This document shows positions 40,101 to 48,954 of a DNA stretch of 64,000 nucleotides, piece by piece. This DNA comes from a virus. Where the stretch lies: positions 32,001 to 96,000 of the IMG/VR virus record IMGVR_UViG_3300044695_006747; one strand, 5' to 3'. The position numbers and the translations under genes were made by a program. The notes under the pieces are model-generated. The model was not told the origin of the DNA. It saw only the letters and a program-made list of their open reading frames with translations, and did not search any database. Numbering within the stretch: position 1 is the stretch's first letter; the number at the start of each line of letters is the position of its first letter.

Positions 40101-43100
40101 AGATTTAAAAAATAATTATTACACTTATGCATATGGAACAAATGTTTCTCGTAATAATATTTATTACCAAAATAATAATACTAACGAAGAAATACCACTA
40201 GATAGCGGAAGTATACAGGCTCTATATAATGTAGCTCCACAAACAAATAATATTGTTATAGATAGTGTTATTAATAGTTTAAATCTACAAATAGAAACAT
40301 TACAGGAAGATATTGTCGTATTATCTAGCTTTTTGACAGATACAAGCAGATCTAACGATGAAAAAAATTCTTATAGAAATAATATTACAAATATTAATCA
40401 ACAAATAAATAATATAATTAATACAATTAATCAATTAGATACTTCTCGCGACTCTTTTGGTTTAACTATAGATGATTTTAACTATAAAAAAATACCATTA
40501 ACATATAATCTAAATATTCCTGAATATCTCAGTGGTTATGACACGCATAATCCTTTTTTGGATATGAATATTTTTTCTGAAGACTATAGATTCAAACCGA
40601 CATTATTAACCAATGATCAGCCCGCACAATCTGGTTATGTATATTTTGAAGGATTAGTCGAAAATGTACATAGTAGTTTTTATGATAAAATGCAAACACC
40701 ATACGATCCACATAAAATGTGGATAGATATACCAGACAATGCGGATATTTCTCTTATGACTAAATTTGGTAAAATTTTTTCCTCTAAAGTGGTATACAGC
40801 ATATTGCAAAAAGTAGATGTAGAATGCGATAGTGCTGTTTCTACCTGTGCGGAAATGGCGTCTAAATCATATTGTGATAATCCTGATCTTTTAGAAGGGG
40901 CCGCTGATCTTTTTGGTATTCTAAAATTACCTATGGAATTATTTAATTTTGAAGAAATAACACTGCCTATAGATTGTGATAAAATTAATTTATGTTGTTT
41001 AACTTTGGATAGTAGGGATGGTAGTGCTAGCATCGAAAATTATTATAGAAATTTTAATTTTTATCCCAACATAGGACCACAAGACTCATGGATCTATACC
41101 ACCTCAAACTATGATTATGCTCCATTATTGGTATCATCAGAAGCATTTAATAAAAAATCTTGCCAAACTTTAGAAAAAGATATAAAAGAAATATGTTCAA
41201 AAATCTTTCAAAACTCAGAGAGGGATGTTGGATGTATAGGTTATAGAAACAACTACGCTACGCCATATGCTTATGTTCCAGGAGCAATAGATAATTATAA
41301 TTTAAATTGTAATAATTATTTTACTAATTTGTCTCTTCAACCACCATATAAAATCAATAGTGACTATATTATAGATAATAGGTATTGCCAGAATGGACCA
41401 CCTACTGCTGGCAAACTAAGTATAAAATCTCAAAAAATGTTATTATTTAAACTGAAAAAAATTAAACTAAAAGACCATATACAAATACCATTAGAAAAAT
41501 TAACTTTTATATCGTTGGATGAAGAACGTAATATGGCTATGTATAGCTATACAGATGGCTATCCATCTCAGAGATACACAATATTTCCAGGATATAGATA
41601 TAATAGCCAATTAAATGGCTTTGGCGGATCAAAATTGACCTATTTGCCAACAATAGATACTTCATTAGCTGTAAGATATATATTTGATAGTAATCTTCAA
41701 ATGAATTATCCAACATATGATGTTGGTATAATTACGGTAGCTGAAGGTATTGCAAATGCTGATTATTTGAGTAACAACTTTTATGAATACCCTACCATAA
41801 AAGGAGTTGAAACAGATTATTTTAAACAGGCCAATCAAAACAATGGAGCAAAAATAGCATTAAAAGCTAATCATAATAATATGATATGGCGTAATGAAAT
41901 TATGTATAGATCATTTATTCCTCACAATAATAAAATTCATCCACCATTAAGTGAATATGATATAAATTCTTATGGAAATAATAATCGTAATGTAATAGAG
42001 CGTGTTACTATTGATTGCTTACATAATACTCCAATCTCATCTTTGCCCGGAGAAGAATCGACGATTAGTGAAGAAATAAGATCAACAATTAATAATGAAA
42101 AAAAGAAGTTTATATCGCTAGGACCCATGTATAAACTTACTATTACAGATAATGATATCGATTATACTATAACTGTTTCTTTGGTCTCTTGCGAGGGAAG
42201 TCTTTGTTACGAATATGATATGGATTTGGGCGATTATAAAACCAAAGCATTAATAGATGTTAGCGCTAACGAGTTCGATTATGATAACTACTATTCTGAT
42301 CAGGGGTGTTCAATATCAGAATTAGAACCAAATGAACCAGATCCTCCTTCTCCAGACACAAATTTTAATATACAGCAAATTTATTCTATCAATCCAATTA
42401 AAATTGGTATTTTTTGTAATGATCCGTGTCCAGAAAATTGGTTTTATTGCGAGGATGATTTTGTGGTGTATACAGAAAAACAGGGCGAAATAGAGATTTT
42501 TGGTAATGAGAGTCCTTTTCCTGTAACGATTACAAAGGTTACCAATAGAATGGTTACTATAGGCAGAAGCAGAGAATCTTGTTGCGAATGGAACGAAATT
42601 GCTGATTGTGCTCCTCCAGACCCATCGTCTGGATATAATGAAATTATAGGTTTTAGACATTCACCACATCCGGATAATTATCATACATCATCTTTGACAC
42701 ACAATGCTTATATGTATTATCCTTTTCGTTCTAAGCTAGCATTTCCTAACCAGCCTAAACAATCTAATCGTGCTAGTTTTGTTTCTTCTAGCGAAAAATT
42801 TCGTTTAGGTAGCAGTAGTGAAATAATATCTCCAGGAGGAACTAGAATAGATAATAATTTACAAGAAATAGATTGGTCAGATACAACAGATAGTGCCGTA
42901 AGAATAATGCGCCCATATCTAAATATAGAGATTTTTTCTAATTGTATGAATATAATGATACCAGCCTCAATCATAAGAGGATTCTCACAAAATATATTGG
43001 GTGTAATAGAGTCGTTTTTTTCTTCAGAAGAATTTGCAAATAATATTTTTACAATTGATAGAAATAATAATATTAATAGAATTTTACCATCTATGAAAAT

Positions 43101-43206
43101 AGAATCTTTGAATAAAGATTTATCTGTAAGTTGTTTTTTGGCTGGCGGCGGATTCATAGGAGATACTGTGTACGATCAATACGGAATACAAACTTATGGT
43201 GAATAA
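34111..43206 (+). CDS. Giant virion/adhesin-like protein (3031 aa) with VCBS-like Ig repeats and Cys-rich C-terminus
   Basis: Four repeats of W.F......F.YL..GE...L.Y.......G......I.I.G.N; two coiled-coil segments; Cys-rich last third. Confidence 0.6.
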   Translation: MSCNSCKLKNTHWLNDLIPPSGDQISFDPDLSSLIEPFDAQFSGIWRPLIINQKRFEEKLWIPFYLPATGLFVDRHKDYVGYDKFVKIENPEFKNWNIEGKLDVCVDVGLSHFKAFPTTGANSINYNVQQISNEKTNNFSIQTNNVIKNKLNDEKDNTETGSVNGVIPRIDPESNIVTIEVIDRGKNFGLKATNDELLNLFSASIGQNGLTWQFSPNQEFFKYLSTNEYLSLDYTVFTQKMFPGETVPRTGQYSIRISLFGRNDLAEPRIIADTGSSTINLIEKPDLYTTGYITVKDEDMSQEIYALVDDVFISGQTQELRSSRDDIKRMLSFGRGVLRDTTTRESTIEWSFYSGSEDFQYLKHGESLTLQYNIYIYDNLGKYSIYNKTITIIGKNESPGIGLYDILDTNGGIYDLNNPNSLQGTLSYSDVDFGDSVTPQVLSVNVNYSKSGLVSFHESFKNMLSVSGGGGRTGKINWVFQPDTEFLQYLGVGQIVELNYVIEITDTNGAKGYGLVTIIVIGKNEDIETDQTTISKTYTLEPPPQTKAIVDSETITVSDNNNNDLCNIIISNYKYEFENFNYSSLLSLSDDSQLNMELLGESMRHMLYFVPDYESGGGKTYYNKIGKYKWIFNSFPHHFRYLVNGEEISSLKLTYEVLLVDTYGSYKKIKFIFTINGYEAPETESTSPLITDNKYYDYIFGWYRYYDIEKLNDDRYIPGVDFYFGSLDTYVYGVDGISRLVVPEYKKFGIYPRPEMPRDSLPVDNVLFEDGYLYDYSAEIGLMHLGPTGSLLSPSGTLYQYITNPYERQKALHIINTSPYIDQITHTLTDIDAVDYTRDSYGRILPLLSGMSAKSFKDLSLNRFVSRKQEIFYRLAQKYGLSLILEESEKLKLKSKFVSDIGANVKINQKMFMEQDPEQTDKLCFIDTTINIGDIKYHRGLCKKDETDMPIVLDVNKMINSPIVIGPPPPHLLANYIDTIDDYFFHIIDYRLNEKLVNQQYVFNLKDKDYYYNEYNTPFIPPYFPSYPYRVPKGIDDLNLIFHGHGGIQDLSIVIAEESPLRDIEHFDLTYKEYDLESIEGPPSPIEISYYSNHGSRVYLGDIEIDYLRTPSRPKCEPFISYRSYGPRPRPQAIGYISETFYDFIDEDIKLFSYLPAITSYYLPSGNYYASLTEDQRKLFNIDLYNHPSGSTPLLKTHNVQELDPEYSSFNSTSIDTGAEILLLNVTHNGNISFDYPVSGLKSGYFCLEAVSSSGIFDLQLLPDENTISSADSLAHGSYALCLENIANHHTLAKITVSVSDPCDYWELKLSHLPFDTINRPLISKIDVSGTIGFFHPNSGWINDSQYYFKTPMAPYVPLPLDSKGDSEETSKQPIIKHHHYFWYDNEKMYNSEYLSGFNYMVNLSGLDSNIQKHIQNSRFIGVDKEDYYLMTSDFYKFSYNAEQSPIKKSIRMSYIDMDYSYGYPFNNFSFKPVDNNKIIVSSNFGKKRPLAYFDDPRLRQEYVELTNYETINIDSKLQNILLVISNITTLLNSINNQIRYWQQQLILVDIRNIDERNRLNNIINNLFTLISNIEENIQILRQKYSELSDKKDNFFTAQVVSASGNSDYLLLELDRPLIDEFLSGGYIRKAKNDENKSQSILLYRSNVSRNDFDLKINKWGNLFVVDTDFVGSLIDNSKLRAVAAWRQPSLFLNQNNNGSIETSGYYVPYSFKNLQTSDDGNPSYFPTQISVSDSGPLKISSVNTKAPSSIYVGPYTGQVHITTASKVIQGSFIKVADDNRVFFSFVDNDIGEDTHNRYIHNYNKNYMNLKSGDAIKFIIDNEDHPALNFIDPENEYYIIYYNEGRFIVGESTEQPLVYDENIDSSIADYGCFAIIEDPKFNHDSPCIGNLRVKYNNETVDNKFSKPALPIFADIEYEPIDENDFSKYIAHILYRYYDPPFSSNSRPSGLFPDYIAIYDKYMGNIHGVFYSYIEDPSIREPSGILRVNRNSFYDHNEDLKNNYYTYAYGTNVSRNNIYYQNNNTNEEIPLDSGSIQALYNVAPQTNNIVIDSVINSLNLQIETLQEDIVVLSSFLTDTSRSNDEKNSYRNNITNINQQINNIINTINQLDTSRDSFGLTIDDFNYKKIPLTYNLNIPEYLSGYDTHNPFLDMNIFSEDYRFKPTLLTNDQPAQSGYVYFEGLVENVHSSFYDKMQTPYDPHKMWIDIPDNADISLMTKFGKIFSSKVVYSILQKVDVECDSAVSTCAEMASKSYCDNPDLLEGAADLFGILKLPMELFNFEEITLPIDCDKINLCCLTLDSRDGSASIENYYRNFNFYPNIGPQDSWIYTTSNYDYAPLLVSSEAFNKKSCQTLEKDIKEICSKIFQNSERDVGCIGYRNNYATPYAYVPGAIDNYNLNCNNYFTNLSLQPPYKINSDYIIDNRYCQNGPPTAGKLSIKSQKMLLFKLKKIKLKDHIQIPLEKLTFISLDEERNMAMYSYTDGYPSQRYTIFPGYRYNSQLNGFGGSKLTYLPTIDTSLAVRYIFDSNLQMNYPTYDVGIITVAEGIANADYLSNNFYEYPTIKGVETDYFKQANQNNGAKIALKANHNNMIWRNEIMYRSFIPHNNKIHPPLSEYDINSYGNNNRNVIERVTIDCLHNTPISSLPGEESTISEEIRSTINNEKKKFISLGPMYKLTITDNDIDYTITVSLVSCEGSLCYEYDMDLGDYKTKALIDVSANEFDYDNYYSDQGCSISELEPNEPDPPSPDTNFNIQQIYSINPIKIGIFCNDPCPENWFYCEDDFVVYTEKQGEIEIFGNESPFPVTITKVTNRMVTIGRSRESCCEWNEIADCAPPDPSSGYNEIIGFRHSPHPDNYHTSSLTHNAYMYYPFRSKLAFPNQPKQSNRASFVSSSEKFRLGSSSEIISPGGTRIDNNLQEIDWSDTTDSAVRIMRPYLNIEIFSNCMNIMIPASIIRGFSQNILGVIESFFSSEEFANNIFTIDRNNNINRILPSMKIESLNKDLSVSCFLAGGGFIGDTVYDQYGIQTYGE
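34570..36150 (+). repeat. Four VCBS/cadherin-like repeats
   Basis: FKYLSTNEYLSLDYTV..FGRND; FQYLKHGESLTLQYNI..IIGKNE; LQYLGVGQIVELNYVI..IIGKNE-like VIGKNE; FRYLVNGE..LTYEV..INGYE. Confidence 0.7.
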
Positions 43207-44638
43207 ATTTTCAATTATTAACAGAATACCAACTCTTGCTTCTCATCATACGCTTCAATTTCAAAAATTGGACTATCGAAGCTGCACCGATATGTGTGAT
43301 GAAAAAACATATATAGGTTATGTTATAAAAGGGAATGATGATTTAGCATATTGTACATATGATGGGTATCCTGGACTCAACAACGCCCCCGTCTTCTTTC
43401 TTCATGAAAAATATCCCATACATCCAAGTAGAAGCTCTTGGACAAACTGTGATATACAAGGATGGTATTTTTTTGGGATTTTTGGATACAAATATCCATC
43501 AAGCGCTTCAAATGCTTATTATTTTGACTCTACCACTAGAGATAGTATTTGTCTTTCTAATTTTGGTTTTACTCCAACATATACTATAGATAACATAGAA
43601 TTATTAGGCAATTATGTATGTAAGAAACCAGACAATTTTGATTGTAAACCAACAACAATACGACGATCAGAAATTATACAAGACTATATTATAAGATTTC
43701 CTTTTGTTGAGGGCACCACAACAGGCACATATGTAGATGTCTCAACTACCGATGAAGTATACGATTTTGAGGGAATGCCAATTGGTATAGGAGATATATA
43801 TACTAGAAACTTATATCCATATAACTATAAATTATCATGTAACTATACAATCAGTTTAGAAAAAGATATTTATGAGGTAGATATAAATTTGATATCCGCA
43901 GCATATTTTACCTATGAAGATAATATACCTGGTACAGTCCCAAATGGTAGAATAGCCATTCAGTCGGATATGTCTTTTAGTGCTTTATCTCATTGTGAAG
44001 CTTTGCCATCATGCAGAGAAGCGAATGCCTATAAAAAAGCTATGACAGGATTCAGAACCGCGAGTATGTGTAGATCAATACCAAATCCAGGATCGGTATG
44101 CTTCGATGCCACAAAAACTATTGAACAAAATGAAGAATGCGAAATCGTTGATTTTGCTGGAGGACCATCGAGAAATTGGCTAGAATCACAGAATTGTTGT
44201 GTTCATAAATATAACAATAGTCCTATAATGGATAATTTTGAAAATTATTGTAATAATAAAAATTATAGTAAGATTACATCACAACTTTCATGTTCTGAAA
44301 TTAATGAAGAACAAAGATCTTTAAAAATAGTACGCGAGGGTAGAGTTATAAGTTCTGTTTCTCCTTTTGTGGGATTGGCGGACAGTGCTGATAATCATCC
44401 ATTTATTATAACATCTTTTATATTCGAATTTCCTGCAAGCATTTGTGTAGCAAAACATAAAACAAATAATATAGATGTTTCTGTTGGATCGGCTGGTGTC
44501 CAGTGTGGTTGCAACTACTTATATCCTGAAGAAGAGAGTATAATTATTAGTCCAACACTTGTAAAAAGATCAATAAAAGTTCCTAAAATTATTACTATAG
44601 AAGTATATTATTGTAAAAAAACATACTCGGAGTGTTAA
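43196..44638 (+). CDS. Cys-rich hypothetical protein
   Basis: 480-aa ORF overlapping the end of the giant gene; roughly 20 cysteines. Confidence 0.7.
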   Translation: MVNKFSIINRIPTLASHHTLQFQKLDYRSCTDMCDEKTYIGYVIKGNDDLAYCTYDGYPGLNNAPVFFLHEKYPIHPSRSSWTNCDIQGWYFFGIFGYKYPSSASNAYYFDSTTRDSICLSNFGFTPTYTIDNIELLGNYVCKKPDNFDCKPTTIRRSEIIQDYIIRFPFVEGTTTGTYVDVSTTDEVYDFEGMPIGIGDIYTRNLYPYNYKLSCNYTISLEKDIYEVDINLISAAYFTYEDNIPGTVPNGRIAIQSDMSFSALSHCEALPSCREANAYKKAMTGFRTASMCRSIPNPGSVCFDATKTIEQNEECEIVDFAGGPSRNWLESQNCCVHKYNNSPIMDNFENYCNNKNYSKITSQLSCSEINEEQRSLKIVREGRVISSVSPFVGLADSADNHPFIITSFIFEFPASICVAKHKTNNIDVSVGSAGVQCGCNYLYPEEESIIISPTLVKRSIKVPKIITIEVYYCKKTYSEC

Positions 44639-44639
44639 T

Positions 44640-45062
44640 ATGAATAATCTGTATTGTAATTTTGAATTAATGAAAAATAAAAAATTATTACAATGTACTA
44701 ATTGTGGATATGTTATACAATTAAAAGATAAGAATAAACAATACATATGTCATCGTAAGTTAATTAGCGCTTCAATAAATCAAAAAGACGGAGTCAAATT
44801 TATTAAAACAGAGACAGTTGATCTGAATTTGCAATCGAATAAAAAAGAAAACCAAGAAAATATTTCTGGAAATAAATGTTCTCAGTACCAAATAGACTCT
44901 AGATTAGAAATATGTAATGGATGCGAATTTTATCAAAATAATACCTGTTTAAAGTGCGGATGTTCACTATCTAGAGACAAGACTTTTATGAATAAACTTT
45001 ATTGGACAGACCAAAGCTGTCCTATTGGTAAATGGGGTCCGGTTCCGCCGGAAGAATCATAA
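44640..45062 (+). CDS. Zn-binding protein, DUF6171-like C-terminal domain
   Basis: RLEICNGCEFYQNNTCLKCGC......KLYW..QSCPIGKW; also an N-terminal CTNC. Confidence 0.65.
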   Translation: MNNLYCNFELMKNKKLLQCTNCGYVIQLKDKNKQYICHRKLISASINQKDGVKFIKTETVDLNLQSNKKENQENISGNKCSQYQIDSRLEICNGCEFYQNNTCLKCGCSLSRDKTFMNKLYWTDQSCPIGKWGPVPPEES

Positions 45063-46075
45063 CTTTTTAATTTGGTATTATCGTTCTTTTTATAAAAAGA
45101 GAATACTTTTTTGGTGCCTTCGTTACGAGATACTGTTATCATTTTTTCAGTGATCTTGTCTCCATGCTTAACCCTTAAAAAGACTGGCGTGGTGTCTGGC
45201 TTGTCCCATTGCCAATAATGTTGAACATAAACAGTGTATTTCCCTTCTGGAGCAAACCCAAACGGCCAAAAGATATTTTCAACAGCCCTATTAGTTGTGG
45301 GCTGAACATTACGATCAACATCTAGTGTTCCATTATTAGGACCTATTCTGTTCATCCAATTAATTACAAATCGCCCAGAAGGATTTTCTATAACAACCCA
45401 CAAATCTATATCATTATAATTATCCCAAGCTATTGATACTTGTATTTCTCCGGTTTGCGCTCCTGCTTCGGTTAGTCTTCTTACTGTTTCTTTTCCTCTG
45501 CCAGACGATTGTGAATCCGGGCCAGCAGATACAGAATTACTGTTACTTTTTGATACGGACTCAGATTTTATAGAGAATTCTTCCATAACATTTTGTTCCG
45601 TAACAACTATATCATCTCTAACTTGATCTGAAAATATTTCTGGAGTAGGAACCTCTATATTGTCTTCGGTATTGTAATTAGGCACAGCAACCATAATTTC
45701 CGTATCTTGTTCCGTTTCTCCAGATTCTGGCAAAACAGAATCCATCTCTAGAAAAACCTTGTCGTCATCTACCGGTTCTGGCTCGTGGTTAGCTATAGAT
45801 GCTGATATAATGATTGGTTTGTTTAGCTTTATAGTATGTCCGGCTATTAGCGCCAGAAACAACATTATAGTTGTGTTAACAATAAGGCTATGCAAAATAC
45901 CATTATTGTATAGATATTGTAGATATTCGTCAACAATGTTTATTGCTGATTTTCTGCGTTCTTTTGCCACTTGTGCCAACCTTTGTTTGGTAACCAATTG
46001 TTTTGATCGTCTTTGCGTTTTGGAAATAGTGTGCCACCTTTTTTGTGCTGTCCGAAAGCTAGTATTGCTCCACAA
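44999..46075 (-). CDS. Membrane-anchored protein with YfaP/DUF2135-like domain (start uncertain)
   Basis: Hydrophobic ILHSLIVNTTIMLFLALIA segment, acidic linker, then GEIQVSIAWDNYNDIDLWV...GTLDVDRN...VENIFWP..APEGKYTVYVQHY. Confidence 0.7.
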   Translation of the reverse strand: MWSNTSFRTAQKRWHTISKTQRRSKQLVTKQRLAQVAKERRKSAINIVDEYLQYLYNNGILHSLIVNTTIMLFLALIAGHTIKLNKPIIISASIANHEPEPVDDDKVFLEMDSVLPESGETEQDTEIMVAVPNYNTEDNIEVPTPEIFSDQVRDDIVVTEQNVMEEFSIKSESVSKSNSNSVSAGPDSQSSGRGKETVRRLTEAGAQTGEIQVSIAWDNYNDIDLWVVIENPSGRFVINWMNRIGPNNGTLDVDRNVQPTTNRAVENIFWPFGFAPEGKYTVYVQHYWQWDKPDTTPVFLRVKHGDKITEKMITVSRNEGTKKVFSFYKKNDNTKLKSYDSSGGTGPHLPIGQLWSVQ

Positions 46076-46272
46076 TCAACACATCGTAGTTCAAAGAAAT
46101 CATTACCGTCCACATTTCTAACCACAAACTTTATATTAGTGCTTCCGCATATTCCGCACTTTTCTTCTCCAAAAATTTCTTGAATAGATGCTAGTTCCTT
46201 AAAAATCTCTTTTTGTCCTTCGCCTTCTAATTCAAATTCTAGTTTAGAGTTTACTTTGTATCTTAGCTTCAT
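45940..46272 (-). CDS. Conserved phage Zn-ribbon protein
   Basis: CGIC...CVDC; GGAGG RBS favours ATG at 46272 (MKLRY), forming an ATGA overlap. Confidence 0.7.
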   Translation of the reverse strand: MKLRYKVNSKLEFELEGEGQKEIFKELASIQEIFGEEKCGICGSTNIKFVVRNVDGNDFFELRCVDCGAILAFGQHKKGGTLFPKRKDDQNNWLPNKGWHKWQKNAENQQ

Positions 46273-46991
46273 GGCGACCTCCATCCGGCATCATATCCTT
46301 TTGTGGACTCCGGAATATTATCTAAATTTTGTTGGTATTTTGACAATTCTCTTATGATCAACACAGCGTTGTCATGAGACACGTTATTTATAATAGTTGG
46401 AAAATTCAATTCAGCAAGCAATTTTTCAACATTAATATCTAGTCTTCGAGCCATCTGATCCACAAAACTAATCTGATTATTACTTATTTTACCAATACTA
46501 TCACCGTCAACATTGTCTTCTATATTTGAGGCCAATTCTTCAGCGGCCACAACTTTTCGTAACTTTAATCCTCGACGCAAGGCTCGTCCCTCTGCTCGTG
46601 TTTCTGCCACGGCCACAGGATGGTTTCTATAAATCTTGTCACAGTTGCCCCAGTAAACGTCTGCTGCGCCGCTGACGGTCTTATGTTTAAAAGGTGATGA
46701 GTCATCTACCCCATTTAAAACATAGGTCAATGTGTGTACTGCTGTGGCTCTTTTTTCATTATTTATGTCCGGAGTTTGAACCACTTCCGTCTCTGCTGAA
46801 ATAACCACACAATCAAGAGCTATTTCAAATATACGCCTTAGTCCATCTGTTGTGGGATTGCCCTCTATTTTTTCATCGTCGGACAACAATCCTAGAACAT
46901 AGTCATTCCATCCTAAATCATTAGGTGTAACAGCTTCTTTTGTCTCAATAGTCTCTGTTTCGGTCGTGGTTTCTTTTTTGGGTCTAGCCAT
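46269..46991 (-). CDS. Putative ssDNA-annealing protein (Rad52/Sak-like)
   Basis: DGLRRIFE...SGAAD...AVAETRAEGRALRRGL motif plus short C-terminal helical domain (ISNNQISFV); probable start MARPKK at 46991. Confidence 0.5.
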   Translation of the reverse strand: MARPKKETTTETETIETKEAVTPNDLGWNDYVLGLLSDDEKIEGNPTTDGLRRIFEIALDCVVISAETEVVQTPDINNEKRATAVHTLTYVLNGVDDSSPFKHKTVSGAADVYWGNCDKIYRNHPVAVAETRAEGRALRRGLKLRKVVAAEELASNIEDNVDGDSIGKISNNQISFVDQMARRLDINVEKLLAELNFPTIINNVSHDNAVLIIRELSKYQQNLDNIPESTKGYDAGWRSP

Positions 46992-46992
46992 T

Positions 46993-47775
46993 TTATTCTC
47001 CAATCTCAATGTATTTTGATGTTGTGTTGTTTTGATTATTTAATAGTTCTTTAAGTTGATTATATACAATTGATGCTCTGCTTTTTGAAAAGTCTTTTGT
47101 TTGTTTTATCCTAATCAAAGTTAAACCCTTACCAAGTATTATTCCGTTTTTCTTAGTATCGTATTTTTTATTTTTTTGCAAAGCATCGTCTCCCCACACT
47201 GGCTCAAAGTGAGATGGTCCGTCAATTTCTATAGCCACACCCATTGTAGGTAGAAAGAGGTCAATTTGCAACTTTGTATTTACTAGCATTTGTTCTTTAT
47301 GAAAATCTACTTTGTATCCGTCGGCTAATAGTTTTTCTAAGATATACAGTTCCATTTTTGATCCTAAACTACTAGATTGTCTAACAGCAGAGTTTGCCTT
47401 TTTAAGTATTTGCTGCTGTTCATCTGGACTTAATTTTTCCCAATTGTCTCTTGCTATTTTTTTTCTTCTTTCAAGTTCTTTATCGGATAGTTTGTCCCAT
47501 GATTCCATCACACCAAGACCAATCTTTTGTTTTTCTTCTTCTGATCTTTTTTTCCCCATGGTTGGGTGAGAATGTCTTCCTTCTTTTAAAGCCACCTTTT
47601 GAGCTTCACTTTTATTTCTTATTGGTATATTAAACTTCAACGCATCTCTTCTCAACTTATTAGCATATGTATCATAAGAAGAAGCTATTTCTGCAAAACT
47701 ATACAAATTATTTACATACTCTTTTTCTAATATAGTCTTTTTTTGTTGATCAGACATTTTATTATATTGTTTCAT
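46993..47775 (-). mobile_element. Free-standing homing endonuclease (NUMOD3 + DUF559/Vsr-like EDxHD)
   Basis: HPTMGKKRSEEEKQKI (NUMOD3-like); SKMELYI...IDLFLP...AIEIDGPSHF nuclease motif. Confidence 0.7.
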
Positions 47776-48220
47776 AAATAACCTTGGTGTTTATGGATTC
47801 TATAAAATTTCCAGTATTCCATGTTAATTTAAAAATATCATAAATATTTTTTTCTGATATTAAGATTTTTAATTTAGGATTTGTAAATAATTTTTCCCAT
47901 GTTTTATAACTTATATTGGTATTATCTCTCCAGGGAATAGTATTATTATGAATACAAATTACTTCAGATAAATTGGGAAATCCTAGCGCTAAATCTAGTG
48001 TGATCAAATCCCAAACAATTGCTTTACCATAAAAATATTTTGCTTCGTAGATTGGTAATATGCCGAATTTTTTATCCGGAACCAAAATGTTCATCGATGT
48101 GGTATAAATGTTACCATTTACATCTTTATAGGTTTGTAAAAGATCATTTAATAGCATGATGATTTTTTGATCATAACTATTTCCAATAAACGTATTTATA
48201 ATAGCTATATTTTTATTCAT
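47762..48220 (-). CDS. Hypothetical protein of the glycosylation cluster
   Basis: 152 aa, Rossmann-like alternation, coupled to its neighbours. Confidence 0.55.
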   Translation of the reverse strand: MNKNIAIINTFIGNSYDQKIIMLLNDLLQTYKDVNGNIYTTSMNILVPDKKFGILPIYEAKYFYGKAIVWDLITLDLALGFPNLSEVICIHNNTIPWRDNTNISYKTWEKLFTNPKLKILISEKNIYDIFKLTWNTGNFIESINTKVIYETI

Positions 48221-48954
48221 TTTAATTTATACTTAATAATGTTGGATATTTTATATTGTTGTAATTCAGTTGTGTGTGTTTCATCAAATGTAAGATTAGC
48301 AATATCAGACATATTTAATGATTTAGATACTGGTAAAATTTTATTATTCACAGTTGTAAGAGCTGGTTTTTTCATATTAATAGCATCGTATATATAATTA
48401 TCAGTTAGACCTATATATGCTGAGCATTTGGATATTAATCTAAGCATATCATAATCATTAACAACACCAAGATTTTGAGGATGGTCAAATCTAGGACAAT
48501 TAACTAATTTTACTGGGATTTGTGTGTTTTCAGGATAAATTATATTATCTAGTATAGAATTTTTTTTCTGACTAATACAATTTAATTCACACAGTATATA
48601 TCCATCGTTTTGGACATCAAACTTAGTATATTCATTATAATGATAGAATGTATCATATGGTATCGATATTATATCTTTATGCTTGATGACCAAGTCATTG
48701 TTTTTGAATAAAAAAATAATCTTATTTTTCTTTGTAGATAAACTATTTTTTGTTAAATCTTGTACAAATTTTGATATAAATAAATCATTAGAGTCATCTT
48801 CTGATAATACAATATAATCATTATTACTAGAAAGATAGATATCATATATATTTATTGGATCAAATATTTCTATGCTTCCGTATAATTCATTTGCTATTGA
48901 ATTAGCTACAAGCATTTCTTTTCTAGAATGTAAATTGGTTAAAAAAATTTTCAT
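48217..48954 (-). CDS. Degenerate GT-B-like protein
   Basis: C-terminal LRLISKCSAYIGLTDNYIYDAINMKKPAL resembles the GT-B donor-binding segment. Confidence 0.4.
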   Translation of the reverse strand: MKIFLTNLHSRKEMLVANSIANELYGSIEIFDPINIYDIYLSSNNDYIVLSEDDSNDLFISKFVQDLTKNSLSTKKNKIIFLFKNNDLVIKHKDIISIPYDTFYHYNEYTKFDVQNDGYILCELNCISQKKNSILDNIIYPENTQIPVKLVNCPRFDHPQNLGVVNDYDMLRLISKCSAYIGLTDNYIYDAINMKKPALTTVNNKILPVSKSLNMSDIANLTFDETHTTELQQYKISNIIKYKLK

